A stretch of 64,000 nt of DNA from Candidatus Bathyarchaeia archaeon (GTDB lineage: Archaea > Thermoproteota > Bathyarchaeia > Bathyarchaeales > Bathycorpusculaceae). Below the pieces are notes generated by a model, which saw nothing but the letters and a program-made list of their open reading frames with translations, did no database searches and was not told where the DNA came from. Below are positions 36,174 to 45,030 of this stretch, one piece after another. The stretch covers positions 14,496 through 78,495 of the forward strand of contig JAVZLK010000004.1 in assembly GCA_038883795.1 (NCBI GenBank). The letters run 5' to 3'. The first letter of the stretch is position 1. Each line of letters begins with the position of its first letter. Both the position numbers and the translations under genes were made by a program.

Positions 36174-37461
36174 AGGTTTTGGCAACTTCCTCCTAAAAGA
36201 GCTTAAAGAGCTTATTAGAGACCCTAAAGTTCTCTTAGGAATGATTGTTATACCGCTTATCATGTTCCCAGTCATGGGTGGAATAATGAGTTACGCCGTA
36301 CAAACAGCACAGGAACAGGCTATAAAAGCTTCGTTGATAGTTGTGGACAACGACTGTGGAAACTGGTCCCACACTTTTATTGACTTCCTAAAAGGCTTGA
36401 ATGTCACAGTTTATATTGAAAATAACATAAAATTAGATAACGAAAAGGTTCTAGAGCTGTTGTCGAGATACAATACGACACAGATTCTGGAAATTCCCGG
36501 AGGGTTTAGCGAAAATGCAACCATCCACTTTAGCAATCCAACCGTAAAAGCTTCCCTAAGGTTTTACGGCATCCTTCTCGGAACAAGCGTTTTTGAAAGT
36601 GTCGGCTCATCCATTGTTGACTTTTTGGTAGGCCAGTTTAACCGTGCTATAGCTCCGGACGTTTTATACTCTGAAAAGGCGACGGTGATTAAGGGTGAGA
36701 TTAAGTATGGTGTTGACCCAGCCGCAGTTTCTGGGATTTTGATGTCGCAGTCTATAGTTTTGCCAGTCACAGTAATTATTCTGTTTATGTCTGCTGTTCA
36801 GATTGCTGCCACTTCAGTGGCTATGGAAAAAGAGGAGAAAACCCTTGAAACGCTTCTGACGCTGCCCATGGATCGTCTTGTGATTCTCTGGGGGAAGCTT
36901 TCCAGCTCTATCATTGTTGCGGCCATCGGTGCCGTGGCTTTTATGGTTGGTTACAGTTATATGATGGGCTCTGTTATGGCTAGAATTCCAGAGGGCTTAA
37001 ACTTGGATTTGGCTGCTTTGGGGTTGATGCCATCGGTTTTTGGTTATCTACTTTCGGGTTTATCGCTTTTCGTTACGATGCTTTTAGCTTTGGCTTTGGC
37101 TGTCATAATGTCTGCTTTTGCCGAAGACGTTAGAAGTGCCCAGTCCTTTGTCAGCTACATTTACCCTCTGGTTTTCATTCCATCCATCGCTCTAATGTAC
37201 TTGGACATTAACACTTTGCCTCTCGCTTTAAAATTGGTTTTATTTGCCATTCCCTTTAGTCATCCCGTCATAGCATCAAAAGCCGTTATAATGGGCGACT
37301 ACTGGATAGTCGTTTTCGGCATAGTTTATGTCTCAGTCTTCACGCTGATCATCATGTATGCAGCTTCAAGACTATTTGCAACTGAGAAAATCTTAACAGC
37401 AAAACTAAAGTTTAAGGGGTTAAGAAAACGCAGACAAGTAACAGCTGAAGAGTTGGCGTAA
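36166..37461 (+). CDS. ABC-2-type transporter permease
   Basis: Overlaps the ATPase gene by 8 nt. N-terminal TM helix, large loop, and five C-terminal TM helices. Confidence 0.75.
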   Translation: MLKGFGNFLLKELKELIRDPKVLLGMIVIPLIMFPVMGGIMSYAVQTAQEQAIKASLIVVDNDCGNWSHTFIDFLKGLNVTVYIENNIKLDNEKVLELLSRYNTTQILEIPGGFSENATIHFSNPTVKASLRFYGILLGTSVFESVGSSIVDFLVGQFNRAIAPDVLYSEKATVIKGEIKYGVDPAAVSGILMSQSIVLPVTVIILFMSAVQIAATSVAMEKEEKTLETLLTLPMDRLVILWGKLSSSIIVAAIGAVAFMVGYSYMMGSVMARIPEGLNLDLAALGLMPSVFGYLLSGLSLFVTMLLALALAVIMSAFAEDVRSAQSFVSYIYPLVFIPSIALMYLDINTLPLALKLVLFAIPFSHPVIASKAVIMGDYWIVVFGIVYVSVFTLIIMYAASRLFATEKILTAKLKFKGLRKRRQVTAEELA

Positions 37462-37497
37462 AGTTTTTCCATTAAAACCACATTACTCTGCAGTTAG

Positions 37498-38610
37498 ATG
37501 TTTAAAATGGGCATACAACAAATTGAAGTTTTCCCTGTAACCCTACGCTATAAAGAACCCTTTAGGATTGCTCCAGAAGCCCACACAGAAAGCCACAATG
37601 TCATCGTAAAAATAGTTACTGATTACGGCGTAATAGGTTGGGGTGAGTCTTCACCATCAGAAAGGGTAACTGGCAAAACTTCAGAAACCGTCCTTAACGC
37701 TATTGATAAAATTGCGCCGAAACTTATTGGAATGTGCCCCTTAAGGATTGAGCAAACAGTTGAAGTTATGGACTCGATTGTAAAGGATAATCCAGCCGCA
37801 AAAGCAGCCATAGACATAGCTTTACATGACATTTTAGGAAAAACAGCCCGCAAACCCCTTTTCATGCTGATGGGTGGATACCGCACAGAAGTGTTAACTG
37901 ACATTACTTTAGGAATTAAGTCTCCAAAGGAAATGGCTAAAGACGCCAGAAAAGCCGTTAAGAGAGGTTTTAAAGCCTTAAAAGTGAAGGTTGGCATAAA
38001 CCCAACAGAGGACGTTGAACGCTTAAGGCTTATCCGCGAGGCGGCTGGCGAAGAAGTTCAAATAAGAATTGATGCAAACCAAGGCTGGACACCAAAGCAA
38101 GCTATAGAAGCCCTAAACAAAATGGAAAAATTCAACATCCAATTCGCCGAACAACCAGTCCCAGCAGAAAACATGAAAGGCCTAATAGAAGTAAAACGGA
38201 ACTCGCCAATACCCATAATGGCGGATGAAAGCGTCCACTCTCCAGAAGATGCCATACGCCTAATACAAGCCGGAGCCGTAGACCTAATAAATATTAAGCT
38301 AATGAAAAGTGGAGGAATACTCAAAGGGAGAAAAATAGCTGAAATCGCCGAAGCCGCTGGCATACCGTGCATGATAGGATGCATGGGAGAATCCGAAATA
38401 GGCATAGCTGCAGGAGCCCATTTGGCTGCCGCAGTAAAAAACATACAATACGCAGACTTAGACTCAGACATTCTTTTAAGAGATAAACTTGTCAAAAAGG
38501 GTGGAACAAAAGTCAAAAATTCCATGCGAACATTTCCAAAACAAAATGGTTTAGGCATAAAAGAGTTGGACGAAAGCTTGTTAGGAAAGCCCAAAAAGAT
38601 TTACAAATAA
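37498..38610 (+). CDS. Enolase-superfamily enzyme (dipeptide epimerase / muconate cycloisomerase-like)
   Basis: KVKVG, IRIDANQGW, FAEQP, IMADES, INIKLMKSGG. Confidence 0.8.
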   Translation: MFKMGIQQIEVFPVTLRYKEPFRIAPEAHTESHNVIVKIVTDYGVIGWGESSPSERVTGKTSETVLNAIDKIAPKLIGMCPLRIEQTVEVMDSIVKDNPAAKAAIDIALHDILGKTARKPLFMLMGGYRTEVLTDITLGIKSPKEMAKDARKAVKRGFKALKVKVGINPTEDVERLRLIREAAGEEVQIRIDANQGWTPKQAIEALNKMEKFNIQFAEQPVPAENMKGLIEVKRNSPIPIMADESVHSPEDAIRLIQAGAVDLINIKLMKSGGILKGRKIAEIAEAAGIPCMIGCMGESEIGIAAGAHLAAAVKNIQYADLDSDILLRDKLVKKGGTKVKNSMRTFPKQNGLGIKELDESLLGKPKKIYK

Positions 38611-38646
38611 CTAATTTTTACTAAAATTAAAGGAGTAAATAACAAA

Positions 38647-39636
38647 TTGGTTTCTCTTAGGGCTTTAGCCCCTTCATTAACACGTATCACTATTGCTGCT
38701 GCAGTTGGAGCGGCATTACATATAGGACAAGGCAGCCCAGACTTGATAGATGCAAAGGCTGTGGAATTTTCAAGGGCTGTCCTCGCTCAAACAGACGTTG
38801 AAGGCGAAGTCATATCATGCGAAGGTCCAAAAGACAATGCCCCAGCTTTTATGAAAAGAGAAAGAGTTGGAACTCGAAAAGGTCCTAAAGTGGAGTTTGT
38901 CATAGACCCTGTGGACGGAAGCACAGCCGCATCGAAAGGCAGAAAAGACGCCATCTCTGCCCTTGCTTGTGCACCCGCTGGCTGCTTTCAAGTTCTTCCA
39001 GACGACGGATACTATTTCAAAGTGGCAACCGATTATCGCTCTATTGGCAAAATCTCCCTTGACATGTCCATCGAAGAGATAGTGCGCACAGTCGCCAACG
39101 AAAAGAGTTTGCCCCTTGAAAACTTCACAGTTATAATGTTGGAACGAGAAAGACATTTGGAAATTCTTAAAACTCTTAGAAAATTGGGTGTGAGAATAAT
39201 TTTGATTCCAGACGGGGACATAGCAGCAGCCGTGGCCACATGCATCCCAAGCTCAGGCGTCGACCTCCTATTAGGTGCGGGTGCTGGACCAGAAGCAACC
39301 ATAGCAGCAACAGCCGTAAAATGCCTAGGCGGAACGATGCTCGTAAAAGTTTGGCAAGACAAAAGAGACGACCCAAAAAGGCTGGAAAGACTAGAAAAGG
39401 AAGGCGTTGACGCAGAAAAAGTTTACAATCAAGATGAGTTGGCAAAGGGCAACGAACTGGTTTTTGCCGCCTCAGGCGTAACAAAAGGCGAACTTTTAGA
39501 CGGCGTCCGCTTCATCCCAAACGGAGCCATAGTGAACTCCATCTGCATGAGACTACCAAGCGGAACGGTGGAAAAATCAGAAACAACATTGCGATTTAAA
39601 GCCCACCCCATATACAAACACTTCATAATAAAATAA
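38647..39636 (+). CDS. glpX: Class II fructose-1,6-bisphosphatase (GlpX-like)
   Basis: VIDPVDGST, LLLGAGAGPEA, SGVTKGELLDGV. TTG start. Confidence 0.7.
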   Translation: MVSLRALAPSLTRITIAAAVGAALHIGQGSPDLIDAKAVEFSRAVLAQTDVEGEVISCEGPKDNAPAFMKRERVGTRKGPKVEFVIDPVDGSTAASKGRKDAISALACAPAGCFQVLPDDGYYFKVATDYRSIGKISLDMSIEEIVRTVANEKSLPLENFTVIMLERERHLEILKTLRKLGVRIILIPDGDIAAAVATCIPSSGVDLLLGAGAGPEATIAATAVKCLGGTMLVKVWQDKRDDPKRLERLEKEGVDAEKVYNQDELAKGNELVFAASGVTKGELLDGVRFIPNGAIVNSICMRLPSGTVEKSETTLRFKAHPIYKHFIIK

Positions 39637-40073
39637 CTGTCAAAAGCATGTGCATACAAAACTACGAGATTAATTTTGTATTTTAACCAAAAAGGGAGAA
39701 TAGTTATAATAATTATGGTTGACGCCTGTGATTTTTCTTTGTTAACATTGCAAGTAAAATTATAATGACTTGTATAAACGACATCATAGCGGGGGTGAAT
39801 TCGGGAATAATTATATTACTGAATAAATATGCAATGTAAGTTGGGTCATGTTGAATCTCTAACCCATCCCAAACAGGATAACAGATTCTGTAAAGTAATG
39901 CTGAAGCGTTGCAGTCTAACTCAGTTTTCCGCCAATGTCACCCATGGAGGGAAACAAGGCGCTAATGTTTAAGTTATTCTCACCAGAAGAGCCAGCGCGC
40001 AATAGGATTAAAATTTATCTTAAAAAGGTATAAGCTAAACTTCCAGCATCCTATACTTATACAAAAATTTAAG

Positions 40074-40148
40074 TGGGCCGGACCGGATTTGAACCGGTGA
40101 CCTTCCGCACGTCAAGCGGATGTCCTAACCGAGCTAGACTACCGGCCC
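40074..40148 (-). tRNA. tRNA-Val (anticodon GAC)
   Basis: Reverse complement folds as: acceptor GGGCCGG/CCGGCCC, anticodon stem-loop TCCGC-TTGACGT-GCGGA, T arm ACCGG-TTCAAAT-CCGGT. Confidence 0.9.
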
Positions 40149-40260
40149 GCTGGCTTTTGCATTCTTATTTGATAATTTTTCTTTTAAAATAGGTTTTCGG
40201 TTTTATAGCGAATAAGTAAACATTTTAAGATGGAGCGGATTAGATGAGCATGCCTATTAA

Positions 40261-40348
40261 GCCGGGATGGCGGAGTGGATAACGCGCAGGCCTTGAGAGC
40301 CTGTGGCCCTTTGGGGCCGCGTGGGTTCGAGTCCCACTCCCGGCGCCA
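40261..40348 (+). tRNA. tRNA-Ser (anticodon TGA), long variable arm, CCA encoded
   Basis: Acceptor GCCGGGA/TCCCGGC, anticodon loop CTTGAGA, variable arm TGGCCCTTTGGGGCCGC, T arm GTGGG-TTCGAGT-CCCAC. Confidence 0.9.
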
Positions 40349-40359
40349 AAATATTTGAA

Positions 40360-42608
40360 TTATGTTTGAAATATTGAAGTTGGGCTTTGTTTTCTGTGCT
40401 TTTGCTTTGCGAAAACTATGGTTATTATAGAGAGAACTGGAAACAGTGTTAAGATAATGGCTTTTGGAAACTCGGAGACTATGGTTACTTGGTGGTTTGA
40501 ATGAGTATAGTTTATGTATATATATGCGTGTGCCGTGTCTGTCCAGTTTCTGAAGGGCCATGGTTCACCGTTTAAGAGGACTGTGTAGTTGCTTTGCCAA
40601 AATTCTTGGATGATGATGTTTGGAATGATTATTCTGCAGAAGCCATTTGTGGGTTGCAAGCCGCTGACGTTGAAGCTTATTATTTTTTGGTCAGCGTCTA
40701 TCTGAAAGTTTGAGAGTGTTGAGTTGCTTATGATGTCAATGGTGTATGGTATTTGGTTCCATGTTCCAGCCTCAAAAACGTTTATTGGTCCCATTAGGGG
40801 GTATCTATCTGTATTGTTCTCGTTGATGCCATAAGGAGAGTCGCTTATCCCGTCGCTTCCAATTTCATCTTGATTGAGCCCACTTTTTTCATCAACGCCT
40901 GTGTGGTCGCTCCAGTAGTTTCCGCCAGAAGGATAGCCGTTATCCCAAGTGTTTGGAGCACCATCGCTGCTGACTTGTTGAGTATTGTTTAGGAAATTGT
41001 TATGGTATATGATGTTGTTTTCCGATTCTTCCAAGCGTATGCCTTCAGTGTTGTTTGCTATGGTGTTTTCATATATGATGTTGTCGTTTGTTTCAGAATA
41101 TGCATAAATTCCATATTCATTGCTTGTTATGTTATTTTGATATACAATGTTTTTTGAGGCGTTGGAAAATTCGATTCCGTATTCGCCGTTTGCCAGGTTG
41201 TTTGCGTATATGAGGTTTTCGGATGAGTCGCTAATGACAATGCAAGTGTAGGATACTGAAATTTTATTTTGGCTGATGATTGCGCTTGAATAATATAGGT
41301 CAATTCCGCAGTCACCGCCTCTAATTTCATTTTTAAATATCGTGCAGTTTGAAGAGTAACCCAGTTCTATGCCAATATTTCCATTTTCTTCTAGTGTATT
41401 TTCGCTGATTGTGTTGTTTAGGGAACTTTTAAGGTAAATGCCACCATGATTTCTTTGAAAACTGTTTTGGGTTATCGTGTTATTTGATAATTTGAGGAGT
41501 CGTATTCCAACATCGTTGCTTGTTAAATTGTTATTTTGAATTTTCGAATTATTTGTATAAGCTATTAAGATTCCTTCTCTGCTTTTTGTTAGATTTTGCC
41601 CTTCAATTGTGATGTCTGTTGAGTTTATTAGGGCAAGATAACCAATTTTGGGATGTGTTGAAGCGTTAATGGTTAGGTTTTTTGGTTAATTAAGTAGTAG
41701 ACTGGTTTGCCGTCCACAAGATTTGATGTATCAATAGAATGTAGATAATAATCCAGCTCTTCTCCTCCCACACTTAATCCATAACCATTATCATTCAGCA
41801 AATTATCAGACAAGAAAATGTTTCTGCATTCATAGAGGCTTATTCCATCCGATTCTTGGGCTGTCACATTGTTTTGGTAAATCTTCGTATTATTGCAATT
41901 AGAAAGCTCTATCCCCCTAAAACTCTCAGTTATGTTGTTTCCATAAATTTGGTTATCCGCTGATATATAAAAGGCGATGCAAGCACCAGTTTTTGAAAAC
42001 GTGTTTTCGGAAATGGTAGCATTATATGAATAAACAAGATTCATACCACGATTAAGATTGCTCGTAATATTATTTCCAGAAATTGTGTCATTGAAAGAAT
42101 ACCTGAAACTGAGACCTACACTGCTTTCTGCTATTTGGTTTCCAGAAATTATGGTTTTAGAAGTATTATAGCCTAAAAGACCATAGTCATAGTTATCGAG
42201 AATGCTGTTTTCAAAAATTTTTATGTCGGATGTTGAGCTTAGATTAATGCCAACCCAGAAATCCTTCACGATTACGTTTGCAATTGTAACATTGCTTAAA
42301 TTTTGTAAAGAAATTCCAACGGACAAATAGAGTTTTTTGCCTTGGACTGCGAAACCATTTCCGTCAATGATTATGTTGCTTCTTTCCACAACTATCGGGT
42401 AATAATTCGTGCCATTAAACGTGTAAGTGGTATTATCATATGTGGTAACGTTTGCCTCTGGGGGTTCAATTGCACCATTGGCCCTAATATAAATTGTTCC
42501 ATTTGTCGCCTCGGTTGGTTGAATATCGTTTACAATCCTCAACATGCTGACAAATAGCAGCGCCAACATTATCCAAACAATTGCACTACTTTTCAACACA
42601 TATTCCAC
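40360..42608 (-). pseudogene. Parallel beta-helix (PbH1/NosD-like repeat) surface protein, ~750 aa, split by a frameshift at an A6 run; C-terminal TM anchor
   Basis: The N-terminal ORF 41673..42608 (signal/TM plus NxxISGNxI-type repeats) stops at TAA (41673-41675). My translation shows the -1 frame is open from 41685 down to 40360 and continues the same repeats (NLTINASTHPKIGYLALINSTDITIEGQN...IRLEESENNIIYHNN). This joins the listed 40360..41034 ORF. That frame has no start codon before 41034. Confidence 0.7.
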
Positions 42609-42794
42609 CTTTTCCCTCTTATGATTTTAAGCCTTCAGAATCCGACTAACCAGCCCGTCGCACCTACATAGGAGCGCAAAGCCAATAAGCCAGAAACGAA
42701 GGCTATATGCCTCAAGAATTCTTCTTAGACGCTTTTAAAATTTATGGATAAAAATTCATGGCATCTATTTCAATAAAAAGGGTTGGTTAGGTGG

Positions 42795-44873
42795 TTATAG
42801 GCCTAAAAGTTTTAGGAGGTTGTAGTTTGCGATTAGCACGGCGAATAGTGAAGCTACTAGGGACATGACTGTTATCATCGTGTTTAGGGATGGTCCTGCT
42901 GTGTCTTTGAATGGGTCGCCTACTGTGTCGCCTACTACTGCTGCTTTGTGGGCTTCTGAGCCTTTTCCGCCGTGTTCTCCTGATTCTATTAGTTTTTTGG
43001 CGTTGTCCCATAGGCCGCCCGCATTAGCCATCAGCAAAGCGAAGAGTAAGCCGCTGAATATCGTTCCAGCCAGGTATCCGCCTAGGGCTTCTATGCCGCC
43101 CACAAAGCCAACAATTAGTGTTACGCTTATGGCTACGAGGCTTGCTGGCATAAGCTCTTTTATGGCGCCCACCGTAGCAATGTCAACGCATCTGGCATAG
43201 TCGGGTTTTACGCCTTCTTTGCCTTCTCTTAACCCTGGAATCTCGTTAAACTGTCGTCTAATTTCTTCAATCATTCGGAAGGCATTTCTGCCCACGCCAA
43301 GCATAACCATAGCTGAGAATACTGCTGGCATGGCTATGCCTATCAATGCACCTAACAAAACCAGCGGGTTCATGAGGTTGAATGATGGGTTTACACCAGC
43401 GCTTTGGGCTCTTTCTTGGAATGCAGCTAAAAGCGCAATGACGGTAAGTCCTGCTGCGCCTATGGCGAAGCCTTTTGTTATGGCTTTGGCTGTGTTGCCC
43501 GCAGCATCCATTTCGTCTGTTACTCGTATGACTTCTTCGCTGAGTCCGCCTTGCATGGCTATACCCCTTGAATTGTCAACTATTGGACCGTAAGCGTCAT
43601 TTGATACTATAAGCCCGACTATTGAAAGCATTCCAACCGCTGCCATTCCAATGCCGTATAGGGCGTATTTGTCGCCTAGGGGTGCGCAAAGGAAATAGGC
43701 GATGGCTGAGGCTACGCCTATTCCGATTAGCGGTGGGAAGACGCTGTGTAAGCCATAAGAGAATCCAGTTATGATGTTTGTGGCGGTTCCTGTTAAGGAT
43801 GCCTCAGCTGTTTTCTTGACTGGTGGTTTATCTTCTGACGTGAAATAGTCTGAGGTTGTGCCGATTATTATTCCAGCTATTAAGCCGACAACTGTTGCGC
43901 CCCAAATTCTCAAATCATAATCCAAATAGTAAGATGCCAAAAAGGTTAAAACCGCAAAGATTATGCATGTGATATATGTGCCCATGTTAAGGGCTCTTCC
44001 AGGATTGCCATGTTTGCCAACCCTAACTAATAGTGCGCCCAAAACTGCTGCTATAATGCCTAAACCAGCAAAAACCAATGGAATCTGCGTGAATTTTCCA
44101 GCCGAACCAGCAATTATGTCGATGGCTTCTCCTAGAATCATTACTGCGACTATGCTTGCCACGTAAGAGTCGAAGAGGTCTGCGCCCATTCCAGCCACAT
44201 CGCCCACGTTGTCGCCTACGTTGTCGGCTATTACTGCTGGGTTTCGTGGGTCGTCTTCTGGAATGCCCAACTCCACTTTTCCGACCAAGTCTGCGCTTAT
44301 GTCAGCGGTTTTTGTGTATATGCCTCCCCCAGCCTTGGCAAAAAGAGCCAATGAGCTTGCGCCGAAGCTGTAGCCCAAAACTATTTCTGGATTACCAGTG
44401 ACAGCGTAAACTATGCTTATTCCAAGTAAACCTGCACCCACAACGGCCAAGCCCATTACTGCTCCGCCTCGGAAGCCTATTGGAAAAGCTTTATTCAATC
44501 CTTCCCTCGCTGCGCTAGCTGCTTTTGTGTTAGCCTTTGTTGCAATGCGCAAACCTAAAACGCCAGCAAGGGCTGAACAGAAAGAACCGAATATGTATGC
44601 TAATGTTAGTTCAACATTTTCTATTGGTTTTTGAGTTTGCCATATGGGTTCTGGCAGAAAAATGCACAATAAAACGGCTACTACGGCTACGAATATTGCT
44701 AATACGGTATATTCTCTTCTTATAAAAGCGTTGGCTCCCTCCTCTATTGCAGCGGCAATTTCTTGCATCCGTTTTGTGCCGCTGTCCTGTCTTTTCACAT
44801 AGTAATAGAAGTATGCGCCAACCATAATGGATATCAAAGCTGAAATTGGAGCTATTATCCATGGCTCAAACAT
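42795..44873 (-). CDS. hppA: Membrane-bound proton/sodium-translocating pyrophosphatase
   Basis: 692 aa polytopic protein with GDNVGD, DNVGDVAGMGADLF and GDTVGDPFKDT motifs. Confidence 0.93.
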   Translation of the reverse strand: MFEPWIIAPISALISIMVGAYFYYYVKRQDSGTKRMQEIAAAIEEGANAFIRREYTVLAIFVAVVAVLLCIFLPEPIWQTQKPIENVELTLAYIFGSFCSALAGVLGLRIATKANTKAASAAREGLNKAFPIGFRGGAVMGLAVVGAGLLGISIVYAVTGNPEIVLGYSFGASSLALFAKAGGGIYTKTADISADLVGKVELGIPEDDPRNPAVIADNVGDNVGDVAGMGADLFDSYVASIVAVMILGEAIDIIAGSAGKFTQIPLVFAGLGIIAAVLGALLVRVGKHGNPGRALNMGTYITCIIFAVLTFLASYYLDYDLRIWGATVVGLIAGIIIGTTSDYFTSEDKPPVKKTAEASLTGTATNIITGFSYGLHSVFPPLIGIGVASAIAYFLCAPLGDKYALYGIGMAAVGMLSIVGLIVSNDAYGPIVDNSRGIAMQGGLSEEVIRVTDEMDAAGNTAKAITKGFAIGAAGLTVIALLAAFQERAQSAGVNPSFNLMNPLVLLGALIGIAMPAVFSAMVMLGVGRNAFRMIEEIRRQFNEIPGLREGKEGVKPDYARCVDIATVGAIKELMPASLVAISVTLIVGFVGGIEALGGYLAGTIFSGLLFALLMANAGGLWDNAKKLIESGEHGGKGSEAHKAAVVGDTVGDPFKDTAGPSLNTMITVMSLVASLFAVLIANYNLLKLLGL

Positions 44874-45030
44874 CCTTTCACCTCAACGGAATCTTTCTAT
44901 TTATTTTAAATACCTTTAGAGTGAAGTACAAAATTGCTTATAAACTTATTTCCCAAACATGTGTCCTTTTTAGAAAAGATTATATCTAATGATTTTTAAC
45001 ACAATAGAAGGTCTATTGGATAAAAGAAGG

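Noticed and set aside
39660-40073. ~400-nt ORF-free stretch next to the divergent tRNA-Val/tRNA-Ser pair. I examined it for an ncRNA (C/D box sRNA, SRP RNA or RNase P RNA) or an integrase/att remnant.
   Set aside because: I could find no convincing box motifs, extended helices, or duplication of a tRNA 3' half. Nothing here is supportable without covariance-model searches.
40184-40561. 125-aa minus-strand ORF.
   Set aside because: It runs antisense straight through the tRNA-Ser gene and has no coding signal.
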